DNA of 64,000 nt from assembly GCA_903904855.1 (NCBI GenBank), contig CAIVEH010000136.1, positions 1,168 through 65,167 on the forward strand, read 5' to 3'. Shown in pieces: positions 1 through 9,791 of this stretch (position 1 is the first letter of the stretch; every line of letters begins with the position of its first letter). Both the position numbers and the translations under genes were made by a program. Origin of the DNA: an uncultured Bacteroidota bacterium (GTDB lineage Bacteria; Bacteroidota; Bacteroidia; Chitinophagales; Chitinophagaceae). The notes below the pieces were generated by a model that was not told the DNA's origin, did no database searches, and saw nothing but the letters and a program-made list of their open reading frames with translations.

Positions 1-974
1 AACATAATGGCATCGGGCCCGGTGTAGCAGCTATACTCTTTATGGCCTATGGCTATTGTAGCAATAGGCGCAACAACAGCGGCAGTACCGGCTCCGAAGG
101 CTTCAATGCGTTTGCCTGCTTCAAAGCCATCAACCAGTTCGTGGTAGCTGAGCTGACGGACATCAACTGTAATGCCTTTATCCCTGGCTATGGCGAGTAG
201 TGAATCGCGGGTAACGCCATCAAGTATGGTGCCTGAAAGTTCTGGTGTTATGAGAACATTATCTATTACGAACATGGCATTCATAGTACCCGATTCCTCA
301 ATGAATTCATTATGAATGCTGTCGGTCCATAGCACCTGGTCGTAACCGGCCTCTTTGGCAAGACTGGTAGGGTAGAAGGCGCCTCCATAGTTGCCACCAC
401 ATTTGGCAGTGCCTGTGCCACCAGCAGCCGAGCGCACAAAGGTGGTTTCTATCTTCACCTTCAGAGGCTGTGTATAATATTGAAATGCCGGGGAGCAAAC
501 TACCATAAACAGGTATTCATCTGAAACCTTCACACCTATTCGGTCTTCGGTAGCAATCATAAACGGACGTATATAAAGGCTGCCATCTGCATCTTTTGGA
601 ACCCAATCTGAGTCAAGCGAAACGAGTTCTTTTATTGCATTCATGAAAAGTTTCTTTGGAACGGGTGGCATACACATCCTGTGGAGTGATTTTATGAAAC
701 GGTCGTAATGCTTATCCATACGGAATACATTGATGCTGCCATCTTCCATCGAAAAGGCTTTCATGCCTTCAAAAACCGTTTGTCCGTAATGAAGGCACAG
801 AGTGAGCGGACTAATGGTAAGATCATGAAAGGGTACAACCTGGGGGTGATGCCATTCACCGTTTTTATATTCGGCCATAAACATGTGCTCTGTTGGCACT
901 TTACCAAAAGGTAAAGACTTAGTGTCGGTAACTTTTCTTTCGGCCTGGGCGGTAACTGAAATAGTGTGTTCCAT
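1..974 (-). CDS. ilvE: Branched-chain amino acid aminotransferase (runs off the left edge)
   Basis: Not in the ORF track. Manual translation from ATG at 974 gives MEHTISV...LHYGQTVFEGMKAF...FRMDKHYDRF...LYIRPF...AKCGGNYG...EAFGAGTAAVVAPI, the class IV PLP aminotransferase signature. No stop before base 1. Confidence 0.93.
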   Translation of the reverse strand, partial: MEHTISVTAQAERKVTDTKSLPFGKVPTEHMFMAEYKNGEWHHPQVVPFHDLTISPLTLCLHYGQTVFEGMKAFSMEDGSINVFRMDKHYDRFIKSLHRMCMPPVPKKLFMNAIKELVSLDSDWVPKDADGSLYIRPFMIATEDRIGVKVSDEYLFMVVCSPAFQYYTQPLKVKIETTFVRSAAGGTGTAKCGGNYGGAFYPTSLAKEAGYDQVLWTDSIHNEFIEESGTMNAMFVIDNVLITPELSGTILDGVTRDSLLAIARDKGITVDVRQLSYHELVDGFEAGKRIEAFGAGTAAVVAPIATIAIGHKEYSCYTGPDAIM

Positions 975-994
975 TCAATTTTATTTTTAGTTGT

Positions 995-1957
995 TTATGA
1001 TTCAGCCGGGACACTTTCAGGAAATGCCAGGGCAATTTTAGACTGATTAGTATTTAATAAGAGTTTTGCTTGTTTTCTGTAGCCTTTGTTTACGAGGTAT
1101 ACACTGATGACGATAGTGATAAAAGCCATAGCGGTATATTTATTTAACTGTTCGCCAAGGATAAAAAATCCGGCAACTATGGCTATAAGCGGATTGACAT
1201 AGGCATAAAGGGTCGCCACGCCCACAGGCAAGGCGCTAAGAGCATACATATAAGCGGCATAGGCCAGGGCAGAACCAAAAACAATAAGGTAGATGAGCGC
1301 AAGTAATCCGCTGGTATTCCACAGCTCTAAGCCATTATAGTTTTCGAGGGCAGGGCTGGCTATAAGCATAAACAAGCCACCAAAGAACAACTGCATACCT
1401 GAGTTAAGAAATGCATTGAGCGGTGCTGTGTCTTTTTTGTTGATGATACTGCCTAGTGCCCATGCAATAGTGGCAATGATGGTAGCGAATATACCTCCAA
1501 GGTAGGCGGGTTTTGTTACCTCGGCCAGGTTGTGTCTGAAAATAAGGGTAACCCCACAAATGCCCAGCAACATGCCTGCGCCAATGGTGAGGTTGAAATG
1601 AGATTTCCGGGAAAACGCCAGATTTAACATTACAGCAAACATGGGCATGAGGCTGCATATTAAAGCAGCAACGCCACTGGGGATATATTTCTCACCCCAG
1701 GTAACACCCCCATTCCCTATAGACAGCATCAGGAAACCTATAAGCATCTGGCGGAGGATATTGGAAGTTGTAAAGTCTCTCTTCCGGTTGACTGCCAGGG
1801 CTCCAGCCATTAGAATAATACCTGCAATCAGTTGTCTTACTCCTGCAAATAAAAATGCCGGATAAGACCTGACTCCTACTCTTATGGCCATATAGGTGGT
1901 GCCCCAGACCAGGCAGATAAATACCAGCGAGATGTATGCTTTTGTGTGTTTAGTCAT
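995..1957 (-). CDS. EamA/DMT-family transporter
   Basis: About 10 hydrophobic segments in two EamA repeats (WGTTY...AGVRQLIAG; YLIVFGSALAY...YAYVNPLIA). Start moved from 2050 to ATG 1957 (MTKHTKAY). Confidence 0.9.
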   Translation of the reverse strand: MTKHTKAYISLVFICLVWGTTYMAIRVGVRSYPAFLFAGVRQLIAGIILMAGALAVNRKRDFTTSNILRQMLIGFLMLSIGNGGVTWGEKYIPSGVAALICSLMPMFAVMLNLAFSRKSHFNLTIGAGMLLGICGVTLIFRHNLAEVTKPAYLGGIFATIIATIAWALGSIINKKDTAPLNAFLNSGMQLFFGGLFMLIASPALENYNGLELWNTSGLLALIYLIVFGSALAYAAYMYALSALPVGVATLYAYVNPLIAIVAGFFILGEQLNKYTAMAFITIVISVYLVNKGYRKQAKLLLNTNQSKIALAFPESVPAES

Positions 1958-2041
1958 TAAAACAAAAAGTAAGCTATGGCAAAAAGAAAATGAGTCTGGT
2001 AATATAACGGCACAAAATTGAGAAATTATTTTAAAACAAAA

Positions 2042-2077
2042 CAGATACAATTTTCGTAATTTTGACCATAACAGTTT
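2042..2077. promoter_or_regulatory. Candidate MocR-family operator and promoter in the divergent intergenic region
   Basis: Minus strand reads AAACTGTTATGG..N..AATTGTATCTG (imperfect direct repeat). It overlaps a TAATTTTG -7 element at 2057-2064 on the plus strand. Operator role is inferred. Confidence 0.4.
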
Positions 2078-2082
2078 GTTTT

Positions 2083-3522
2083 ATGAAAGTATTAAATAAA
2101 CGTAAGAACGACCATCTTTATCTGCGAACAGCCGAGACCATAGAGCAGCAGATAATGGAAGAGGTATTGAAAATAGGCGATAAATTGCCTTCGGTAAGAC
2201 TTATGAGCAAAGAGCATTCGATGAGCGTAAGTACTATACTACAGGCATATTACCACCTTGAAGCCAAGGGACTTATTGAGTCGAGGCCACAGTCGGGGTA
2301 TTATGTGCGGTTCAACCCATCGCGCTTTCCGCATAAGATAGAGAAGAGCAACCCGGCACAGACTATTAAGACGAAAAATGTGGAAGCTATAATAGAACAG
2401 GTATATGATGATTTTTCGCTGAAGGGAATAACGAGGTTTTCGCTGAGTGTGCCTGCACCTGAAATTTTACCGCTTGCCAGGCTCAATAAATCGATGATGC
2501 AGGCTTTGCGTGAACTGCCTGCCAATAGCACATCTTATGAACAGATACAGGGCAATGACCTGTTGCGCAGGCAGGTAGCAAGGTGGTCGATGCACTGGGG
2601 CGGACACCTGAATGCCGGAGACCTGATTACTACATCGGGCTGCATGAATGCAATATCCTATTGCCTGATGGCTCTGACAAAGCCTGGTGATACCATAGTA
2701 GTTGAGAGCCCTGTGTACTTTGGTATGCTTCGGTTTGCACAAAGTATAGGACTAAAAGTGCTGGAGTTGCCGACCGACCCTGATACAGGCGTGGACCCTG
2801 ATGATGTAAAAAAAGCGTTGAACCACCACAATGTAAAAGCCTGTTTTTTTGTCACTAATTTCAGTAATCCTACGGGCTACTGTATGCCTGATGAACAGAA
2901 GCAGGCATTGGTGAAATTACTTTCGCGGCATGGTGTTCCGCTGATAGAAGATGATCTGTATGGCGATGTCTATTTTGGCAAGAGCAGGCCCAGATCGTGC
3001 AAGTCGTTTGATGAAGAAGGAAATGTGCTGTGGTGCAGTTCGATATCAAAAACTCTGGCGCCCGGTTACAGGGTAGGGTGGGTAGCGCCCGGAAAATATA
3101 TGGATAAGGTCAAGCGGCTGAAGATGTATCACAGCATAACCAGCGCAACCGCGCAGCAACAGGCTATAGCCAGCTTTCTGGCTACGGGGCATTACGAATC
3201 CCATCTGCGGAAACTAAGGCAGACACTCCATTCAAACAGTTTGCAGTTTACCCGGGCAATAGGTGAATATTTCCCTGAAGGGGTAAAACTGTCGAACCCC
3301 AAAGGTGGCTTTATATTATGGTTGGAGCTGGATAAAAAGATAGATACCTATGTGCTTTATCAGGAAGCGATGCAGCATAAAATAAGCATTGCTCCCGGTA
3401 CCATGTTTACACTTCAGGACCGTTACCAGAATTGTATGCGGCTAAGCTATGGTATGGCCTGGACCCCCGAAATAGATAAGGCGCTGAAGAAACTGGGAAA
3501 TCTGGTGAAGGGGATGATGTAG
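2083..3522 (+). CDS. MocR/GabR-family transcriptional regulator (GntR wHTH plus PLP aminotransferase-like domain)
   Basis: GDKLPSVR..SVSTILQAY..LE.KGLIESRPQSGYYV HTH; IEDDLYG and SISKTLAPGYRVGW PLP-lysine motif. Likely start ATG 2083. Confidence 0.93.
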   Translation: MKVLNKRKNDHLYLRTAETIEQQIMEEVLKIGDKLPSVRLMSKEHSMSVSTILQAYYHLEAKGLIESRPQSGYYVRFNPSRFPHKIEKSNPAQTIKTKNVEAIIEQVYDDFSLKGITRFSLSVPAPEILPLARLNKSMMQALRELPANSTSYEQIQGNDLLRRQVARWSMHWGGHLNAGDLITTSGCMNAISYCLMALTKPGDTIVVESPVYFGMLRFAQSIGLKVLELPTDPDTGVDPDDVKKALNHHNVKACFFVTNFSNPTGYCMPDEQKQALVKLLSRHGVPLIEDDLYGDVYFGKSRPRSCKSFDEEGNVLWCSSISKTLAPGYRVGWVAPGKYMDKVKRLKMYHSITSATAQQQAIASFLATGHYESHLRKLRQTLHSNSLQFTRAIGEYFPEGVKLSNPKGGFILWLELDKKIDTYVLYQEAMQHKISIAPGTMFTLQDRYQNCMRLSYGMAWTPEIDKALKKLGNLVKGMM

Positions 3523-3531
3523 GAGTAATAA

Positions 3532-4104
3532 TCAGCCTGGTTTATGTGCTATTTTCAGTTGTTCGATTTCCTTCTGGAGCAACATCAGAGTGGCATGTAT
3601 AGTTAATAACAGTTCTGATTCTTTTTTCTCTGCATCCTCATCTTCCTTGGTTTCTTCCTGTATCTCATCTACATCTTCTTGTATTTCGTCTACATTTTCC
3701 TGTAGTTCATCTACGTCTTTCTGTATCTCTTCCAGATCACCACCCAGTTCTTCCAGATCTTCTCCTATTTCTTCAATATCCTCACCCAGTTCCTCAATGT
3801 CTTCCCCTATCTCTTCAATATCCTCACCCAGCTCTTCGATGTCTTCCTGAATTATCTCGATGTTCTGGTTATTCATATTGATAGACATCTGAATGAATAT
3901 TGAAAGGTAAATTGCCTCAAGCGAAACTATAGTAGTCAGCACAAGCAGCATTCTTTCGAAGGTAACCACACCAAGGGTTGGAAGGGCAAAGGAAACAATG
4001 AATAAGATAGTATGAAGGATCACAGATGCGGTAGACCCAACCCATTTTGTTACATTGGCCGCACCTTTTTCCATTATAATTCTCTGACGCTCTTTTATAT
4101 CCAT
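3532..4104 (-). CDS. Small membrane protein (DUF1003-like) with an acidic C-terminal coiled coil
   Basis: Two hydrophobic segments (LTTIVSLEAIYLSIFIQM) followed by 10 acidic heptads. Family name recalled from the motif, not searched. Confidence 0.65.
   Translation of the reverse strand: MDIKERQRIIMEKGAANVTKWVGSTASVILHTILFIVSFALPTLGVVTFERMLLVLTTIVSLEAIYLSIFIQMSINMNNQNIEIIQEDIEELGEDIEEIGEDIEELGEDIEEIGEDLEELGGDLEEIQKDVDELQENVDEIQEDVDEIQEETKEDEDAEKKESELLLTIHATLMLLQKEIEQLKIAHKPG
3652..3861 (-). repeat. Ten tandem 21-bp coding repeats (IEELGED-type heptads)
   Basis: IEIIQED IEELGED IEEIGED IEELGED IEEIGED LEELGGD LEEIQKD VDELQEN VDEIQED VDEIQEE. Confidence 0.9.
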
Positions 4105-4419
4105 AACCCATTTGCGAAGCCTAAAGTTAATACAATATGTGGGCTATTGTTTCGTTTACTTAAGCATAAATAAGTTAGTTATTTATTAATAGTTGAGCAG
4201 TCTATCAGGGCGATAGAATGAGGAATGTATTTATTGTTTTATACGGAACACACAAATAGGGATGAAAGAAATTATATTAATTAATAATAACATTGAAAAT
4301 TATAAGGCGATTGAGTAGAATAATTTGGTTTAAATATGAAAAATCGAATAAAAAGCATTGGTAAACTGTTCAACAGATAATAACTTTAGCCGCAATTTAT
4401 TTGTCTTTTATTTGTCAAT

Positions 4420-4887
4420 ATGTTTTATAAAAAATTGAATTTGATTCTTTGGCCTGTATTGGTTGTGGTACTCTACTTCACCATTCCCTTTTACAATAAT
4501 TGGCTTTTTACTAAAGTCCTGAATAATAATTTTTTTTATGAAACGTCTAATATGGAGCTGGAAGCAAGAAATATTCAGCGTTTCGGATACTCTTATACAG
4601 TTTACAAGGATATTGAGAATATGTTAGGCAAGAAAGAAAATGTAACTCTGTTATTGCCTAGCAACGACTATGTGAAGACAAAAAAAATACCTGATTTTAT
4701 AATACCAGAGCCGGCTGTTTTTTATTATTTCACTGGTATAAAATCGGTATGGCCCAATAGTCCTGATGCAAAATCTGCCAATTGGGTGTTCCTCGTAGCA
4801 GGTCCCAGGAATATGGCAGTAAAACAAATTGCCTTGGTACATAACCAAGACAGTCTATTGGCTGATTATAGAAAATACATAAAGTGA
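4420..4887 (+). CDS. Hypothetical protein with an N-terminal membrane anchor
   Basis: 155-aa ORF with a hydrophobic N-terminus, 4 bp upstream of the next gene. Confidence 0.7.
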   Translation: MFYKKLNLILWPVLVVVLYFTIPFYNNWLFTKVLNNNFFYETSNMELEARNIQRFGYSYTVYKDIENMLGKKENVTLLLPSNDYVKTKKIPDFIIPEPAVFYYFTGIKSVWPNSPDAKSANWVFLVAGPRNMAVKQIALVHNQDSLLADYRKYIK

Positions 4888-4891
4888 AAAT

Positions 4892-6316
4892 ATGAATTTT
4901 GCAGGACTATTTTTTTTACTGATAGCTCAATATATATGTGGCAGGGGATTACTTCGGCTGTTTAAAATTGAGATGAAGCCATTGCCTGCTCTTTGTATGT
5001 CCATGATGACAGGTGTGGTATTGGTTTCATTTGCTCCTTGCCTGTTACAATTGTTTAACCGGTCTATAGATGTTATTCCCGCTATTATTGCGGTTGTAAT
5101 AGTTACTGCCTTAATGAGTATTCCTCTTCTTATTAAATTCAGGAAGCCACAATTCAAGAAGCTTGCTTTACCATTATACTACGAATGGCCATTTATTTTG
5201 GTTATCACCTTTTTTATGCTTCTGGCAGCATGGCGCAGTTTTTATTATCCGCCATATGCCCGTGATATGTTAGCAGGTCCTGAACTTCTGGCTGAATATG
5301 CTGTCAGAGAACACAACATGATTAGTTCGGTTTTTACCATTGACCTTCAGAGTACCAACAACTATTTCAAATCACCGTTTATTACCTGCCTGCAGATATT
5401 GTATAAGTTATTGGTATGCCCATTTGGTCAGATATGGATGGTTATGATTTCCATTCCATTCTGGATATGGCTTTATACATTGCTCAGGGAGCGTATTCAT
5501 CCACTAATTGCAGGGTTTCTGTTATTCTTTTTTATGACCATGCCGGAAGTATATTCCTATAGCTATATTATGCTGTATGATTTTGATAATATGGTATTCT
5601 TTTTTGGTGGTTATTATTTCCTGATACAGTATTTTTATAAAGATCAGCAGAAGGATTTTTTGTTTTCTGCATTACTCTTCGGCTTTGCTACTTATATCCG
5701 GACAGAGACTGTACTTATGATTGTATTGACTGTACCAATGATACTGCTTTATTTTTTCCGAAGCCATTACCCTATAATTAAAATGGTAAAAAAGGTACTA
5801 CTGTTTATTGTAATGCCTACTTTGTTTTATGTATTGTGTATCTACGTTTTTGTGAGTCAATTTGTTCCGCTGAAACTTGATATCGGATCACAGGTGACTT
5901 CTGACCTGAATAATATTTCAGTGATTCTGAAGAGACTAAAAGACATTCCTATGTATCTTGTTTTCTCATATGAAGGGGTGAGGCTGTTTGGTTATTTTAT
6001 TATATTTTTCATTGGGCTGCTGCTGGCTGAAGTGATTATTTTCCGAAAGTTTAGCAGGGAATCCAGAATTTTACTTTATGGCATATTGGTTGTTTACCTC
6101 GGGCTGCCATTATTAGGATATCTGATACCGCTTGTCGACCTTACGAATACCACTAAACGGGGATTGTTCAAGATGCTCCCGCTTATGCTGTTATTTATGA
6201 GTGACAGCAATTGTTTTCAATATTTATCGCAAAGGCTTATTGCCTGGGAGCAGAAGACTTTTTCACCCGTTGATCAACCGAAGGGCGCATTGAAAAGTAA
6301 AGGCAAAAAGAGATAA
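4892..6316 (+). CDS. Polytopic membrane protein, GT-C-fold glycosyltransferase-like
   Basis: More than 10 TM-like segments; FATYIRTETV motif resembling PMT/ArnT-type GT-C proteins. Function inferred. Confidence 0.55.
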   Translation: MNFAGLFFLLIAQYICGRGLLRLFKIEMKPLPALCMSMMTGVVLVSFAPCLLQLFNRSIDVIPAIIAVVIVTALMSIPLLIKFRKPQFKKLALPLYYEWPFILVITFFMLLAAWRSFYYPPYARDMLAGPELLAEYAVREHNMISSVFTIDLQSTNNYFKSPFITCLQILYKLLVCPFGQIWMVMISIPFWIWLYTLLRERIHPLIAGFLLFFFMTMPEVYSYSYIMLYDFDNMVFFFGGYYFLIQYFYKDQQKDFLFSALLFGFATYIRTETVLMIVLTVPMILLYFFRSHYPIIKMVKKVLLFIVMPTLFYVLCIYVFVSQFVPLKLDIGSQVTSDLNNISVILKRLKDIPMYLVFSYEGVRLFGYFIIFFIGLLLAEVIIFRKFSRESRILLYGILVVYLGLPLLGYLIPLVDLTNTTKRGLFKMLPLMLLFMSDSNCFQYLSQRLIAWEQKTFSPVDQPKGALKSKGKKR

Positions 6317-6436
6317 GTGTTTTTGAACACACTGTAATTATTTTGCTTTAAATGTTAATAAACCGGCTTAGAGTTAAGTTAAGTGTTGGAGTTCTATGGC
6401 AAACAATTCATTCTCATTTTATATTATCTTTAGATA

Positions 6437-7207
6437 ATGAAAACAAAGCAGGAGATAGTTGAAAACTGGCTGCCGAGATATACCGGGCTTGAACTGAAGG
6501 ATTTCAGTGAGTATATTCTGCTTTGCAATTTTGATAATTATGTGACCCGGTTTGCCGAGATTCATAAGGTACCGGTTGTAGGGCAGGACAAGCCAATGCA
6601 ATGCGCTACAGCTGAAGATATTACCATCATCAATTTCGGGATGGGCAGCCCTGGTGCTGCTACCATGATGGACCTGCTTTCGGCTATTTCACCCAAGGCG
6701 GTTTTATTTCTGGGGAAATGCGGCGGACTGAAAAAGAAAAACAAAGTGGGCGACTTGATACTGCCTATTGCGGCTATAAGGGGAGATGGTACAAGCAATG
6801 ATTACTTTCCGCCCGAAGTGCCTGCCCTGCCTGCATTTGCCTTACAAAAGGCGATCTCCACTACTATTCGCGATTATAAACGCGATTACTGGACAGGGAC
6901 TGTTTATACCACCAACCGCAGGGTGTGGGAGCATGATGAGGCTTTTAAAGAATACCTGCGTAAGATACGCGCAATGGCTATTGATATGGAAACTGCGACC
7001 ATCTTCATCACCGGTTTTTTCAATCACATTCCTACAGGGGCATTATTACTGGTATCAGACCAGCCAATGGTACCTCAGGGTATAAAAACTGCAGAAGGAG
7101 ATACTAAGGTAACCAGGACTTTTACTGAGACACATCTTAAAATAGGTATTGATTCACTGATGCAGCTCATCAATGGAGGGCAGACGGTTAAACACCTTAA
7201 ATTCTGA
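6437..7207 (+). CDS. amn: AMP nucleosidase (short Bacteroidota type)
   Basis: MKTKQEIVENWLPRYTG, NFGMGSPGAAT, FLGKCGGL, AIDMETAT, LLVSDQPM. Confidence 0.92.
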   Translation: MKTKQEIVENWLPRYTGLELKDFSEYILLCNFDNYVTRFAEIHKVPVVGQDKPMQCATAEDITIINFGMGSPGAATMMDLLSAISPKAVLFLGKCGGLKKKNKVGDLILPIAAIRGDGTSNDYFPPEVPALPAFALQKAISTTIRDYKRDYWTGTVYTTNRRVWEHDEAFKEYLRKIRAMAIDMETATIFITGFFNHIPTGALLLVSDQPMVPQGIKTAEGDTKVTRTFTETHLKIGIDSLMQLINGGQTVKHLKF

Positions 7208-8988
7208 TGCCGGGACCTGATACTATACTTGAGGTAAATGATTTGTACATAGCTTTCGGTGGGAAGGAAAAATTCACCGCGGTAAACAAAATCTCCTTTA
7301 GTATAGAGAGAGGTAAAACGTTGGCAATTGTTGGTGAGAGCGGATCAGGCAAGTCGCTTACTGCGCTGGCATTGATGGGATTGCTGCCCGGTGGGGCGGA
7401 GTTGGCAGTTGGTAGTTGGCAGTTTACAGTTAGCAGTTTACCGTTTGCCCCGATAGCTTTCGGGAATAGTTTGCAGTTAACCTGTGACGGTGGGCCGATT
7501 GATAAGAACACAAACAATATTGCAGACAAGCAAAGTTCCAAATTCCAAATTCCCATTGAACAAATTCCATCAGCAAGGGGCAAGCATATAGGCATGGTAT
7601 TCCAGGAGCCGATGAGTTCAATGAACCCGGTAATGAGTGTAGGTAAACAGCTGAAAGAAGCGATACAGGTTCATCAGGATCTGAATAACAGTCTGGCAAA
7701 GGAACTTGCTATTGAATGGCTTGCTAAAGTGCAATTACCAGAACCTGAAAAAATCTATAATCGTTATCCCCATCAGCTGTCTGGTGGTCAGAAACAAAGG
7801 GTAATGATAGCTATGGCCATGTGCAACCATCCTGCTTTGCTGATAGCCGACGAATCCACCACAGCGCTGGATGTAACTGTGCAGCAGGAGATAATAAGGC
7901 TGATGGATTATCTGCAGCAGGAGCATGGCAGCGCTATGATATTTATAACCCACGACCTGTCGCTGGCAGCAACTATTGCCGATGATGTGCTGGTGCTTTA
8001 CAAAGGCAATGTAATGGAATACGGGCCTGCTGCGCAAGTTTTGCAGCATCCGCAACATCCATACACGCGAGCGCTGATTGCTTGTAAGCCATCGGCAGAT
8101 AAGAAGGGTAAGCCACTGCCAGTTGTGGCCAATTATATAGAGCAGGAAAAGAGGGTTGAAAAAGCAATTGAAGATCCCAAAATAATAGTATCCAGTCCGG
8201 ATGCAGCATCATTAATTGATGTTAAGAACCTGAGGATATGGTTTTCTGAGCATACAACGTTATTTGGTAAATCGACCAGCTATTTTAAAGCTGTGGATGA
8301 TGTCTCATTTAAAATAAATAAAGGGGAAACGCTTGGGCTTGTAGGGGAGAGCGGCTGTGGCAAAAGTACAATAAGCAAGAGCCTGATAGGGTTGATAACT
8401 GTACACAGCGGGGAGATATTGTTTAAAGGAAAGGATCTGGCAAGGCTTCCAATTCATGATTGGCGGGCTGTTAGGAAGGATATTCAAATGATATTTCAGG
8501 ACCCGTATTCTTCACTAAACCCAAGGATGACAATAGGGGATATGCTGCTGGAGCCACTGAGGATACATGAAATTGTGTCGGGGGTAGAGACAGAGAAAGA
8601 AATAAAACGCTTGCTGGATCTTGTGCAATTGCCTGCCGGGGCCATGAACAGGTACCCACACCAGTTTTCCGGAGGGCAGCGGCAACGGATAGGAATAGCA
8701 AGGGCATTAGCCCTGAGGCCGCAACTGCTGATATGTGATGAAAGTGTGTCGGCGCTGGATGTGAGCATACAGGCGCAGATACTGAACCTGCTGAAAGAAC
8801 TGCAGCGGGAGTTTGGGCTTACTTACCTTTTTATATCTCATGACCTTACGGTTGTTCATTATTTCAGCGACAGGGTAATGGTGATGCACCAGGGGAAGAT
8901 TATTGAAACCGGCAGCGCTGATGATGTGCTTAAGCGGCCTAAGGAAGCATATACACGGCGGTTGATTGAGGCGATGCCTGTTTCCTGA
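7207..8988 (+). CDS. ABC transporter ATP-binding protein with two fused NBDs (Opp/Dpp type)
   Basis: Two Walker A (GESGSGKS, GESGCGKS), two signature motifs (LSGGQ, FSGGQ), FQEPM/FQDPY Q-loops. TGATG overlap with amn. About 30 extra aa in NBD1. Confidence 0.93.
   Translation: MPGPDTILEVNDLYIAFGGKEKFTAVNKISFSIERGKTLAIVGESGSGKSLTALALMGLLPGGAELAVGSWQFTVSSLPFAPIAFGNSLQLTCDGGPIDKNTNNIADKQSSKFQIPIEQIPSARGKHIGMVFQEPMSSMNPVMSVGKQLKEAIQVHQDLNNSLAKELAIEWLAKVQLPEPEKIYNRYPHQLSGGQKQRVMIAMAMCNHPALLIADESTTALDVTVQQEIIRLMDYLQQEHGSAMIFITHDLSLAATIADDVLVLYKGNVMEYGPAAQVLQHPQHPYTRALIACKPSADKKGKPLPVVANYIEQEKRVEKAIEDPKIIVSSPDAASLIDVKNLRIWFSEHTTLFGKSTSYFKAVDDVSFKINKGETLGLVGESGCGKSTISKSLIGLITVHSGEILFKGKDLARLPIHDWRAVRKDIQMIFQDPYSSLNPRMTIGDMLLEPLRIHEIVSGVETEKEIKRLLDLVQLPAGAMNRYPHQFSGGQRQRIGIARALALRPQLLICDESVSALDVSIQAQILNLLKELQREFGLTYLFISHDLTVVHYFSDRVMVMHQGKIIETGSADDVLKRPKEAYTRRLIEAMPVS
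7400..7464 (+). repeat. In-frame heptamer array plus 16-bp palindrome inside the ABC gene
   Basis: AGTTGGC AGTTGGT AGTTGGC AGTTTAC AGTTAGC AGTTTAC (7400-7441), then CCCGATAGCTTTCGGG (7449-7464), one mismatch from a perfect palindrome. Confidence 0.85.
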
Positions 8989-9125
8989 TTAGATAATCTA
9001 CAGATCCTATTCTGCGATTGCATAATCAATGTGCATAACGTGTGCATTTTACATTTCATTAATTTGAAGGTAATGATTTAGTAATACTATACGCCGTAAC
9101 TTTAGTATAACTAAATATATTAATT

Positions 9126-9599
9126 ATGGAATGGCGAAGATTCAGCGGGGAACCATTGCGGCTCCCCGTAAAAAAGGCAGTAGAGGAAGCTATAATCAGG
9201 GAAACGGGGGCCGGCTACAAGCTCAAGGTATGCATTGGCACAGACTCTCAGGTGCGCCATACAGAGACAGAGTTTGCCACGGTTATTGTTTTCCTGCGCG
9301 AAAAACACGGTGGGTTTATGTTTATCAGCAATGACAGAACAAAACTACCCTATACTATTAAAGAGCGGATGTTGGTTGAGGTGGCCAAAAGCATAGAAAT
9401 TGCTTTTGAACTCTGCGACCTCTTTAATAAGTATGATGTGGATATGGAAGTACATGCCGACATTAATACCAACCCCCAGTTTAAGAGTAATGAAGCCCTG
9501 CGCGAAGCAATGGGATACATTCTGGGAATGGGTTATGCCTTCAAAGCGAAGCCCGATGCATTTGCCAGCAGTTGCTGTGCTGATAAAATGGTGAACTAG
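9126..9599 (+). CDS. RNase H-like YkuK-family protein
   Basis: CIGTDSQ, ERMLVEVAKS, EVHADIN, KPDAFASSCCAD. Confidence 0.85.
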   Translation: MEWRRFSGEPLRLPVKKAVEEAIIRETGAGYKLKVCIGTDSQVRHTETEFATVIVFLREKHGGFMFISNDRTKLPYTIKERMLVEVAKSIEIAFELCDLFNKYDVDMEVHADINTNPQFKSNEALREAMGYILGMGYAFKAKPDAFASSCCADKMVN

Positions 9600-9791
9600 T
9601 GTTGCTTTGAGATTTCAAGGTTACTCCATCATTAATTCTGAATTAATATTCTCATATTTTTGCAAGGGCGTTCTCCCTTGGTTAGTGTTGTCTCCCTTTA
9701 TTTTTAGGACAGCGGAAATTATTTTTATCTTATTTTGCCTGTTTATAAGATAAAAAACTTAAATTTACTATTGGAATTCAAAAAAATAATT

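Noticed and set aside
3590-3850. Ser-rich 86-aa ORF
   Set aside because: Antisense of the acidic heptad repeat.
7197-7595. 132-aa antisense ORF
   Set aside because: Shadow of the ABC gene; NCQLPTAN is simply the reverse reading of the heptamer array.
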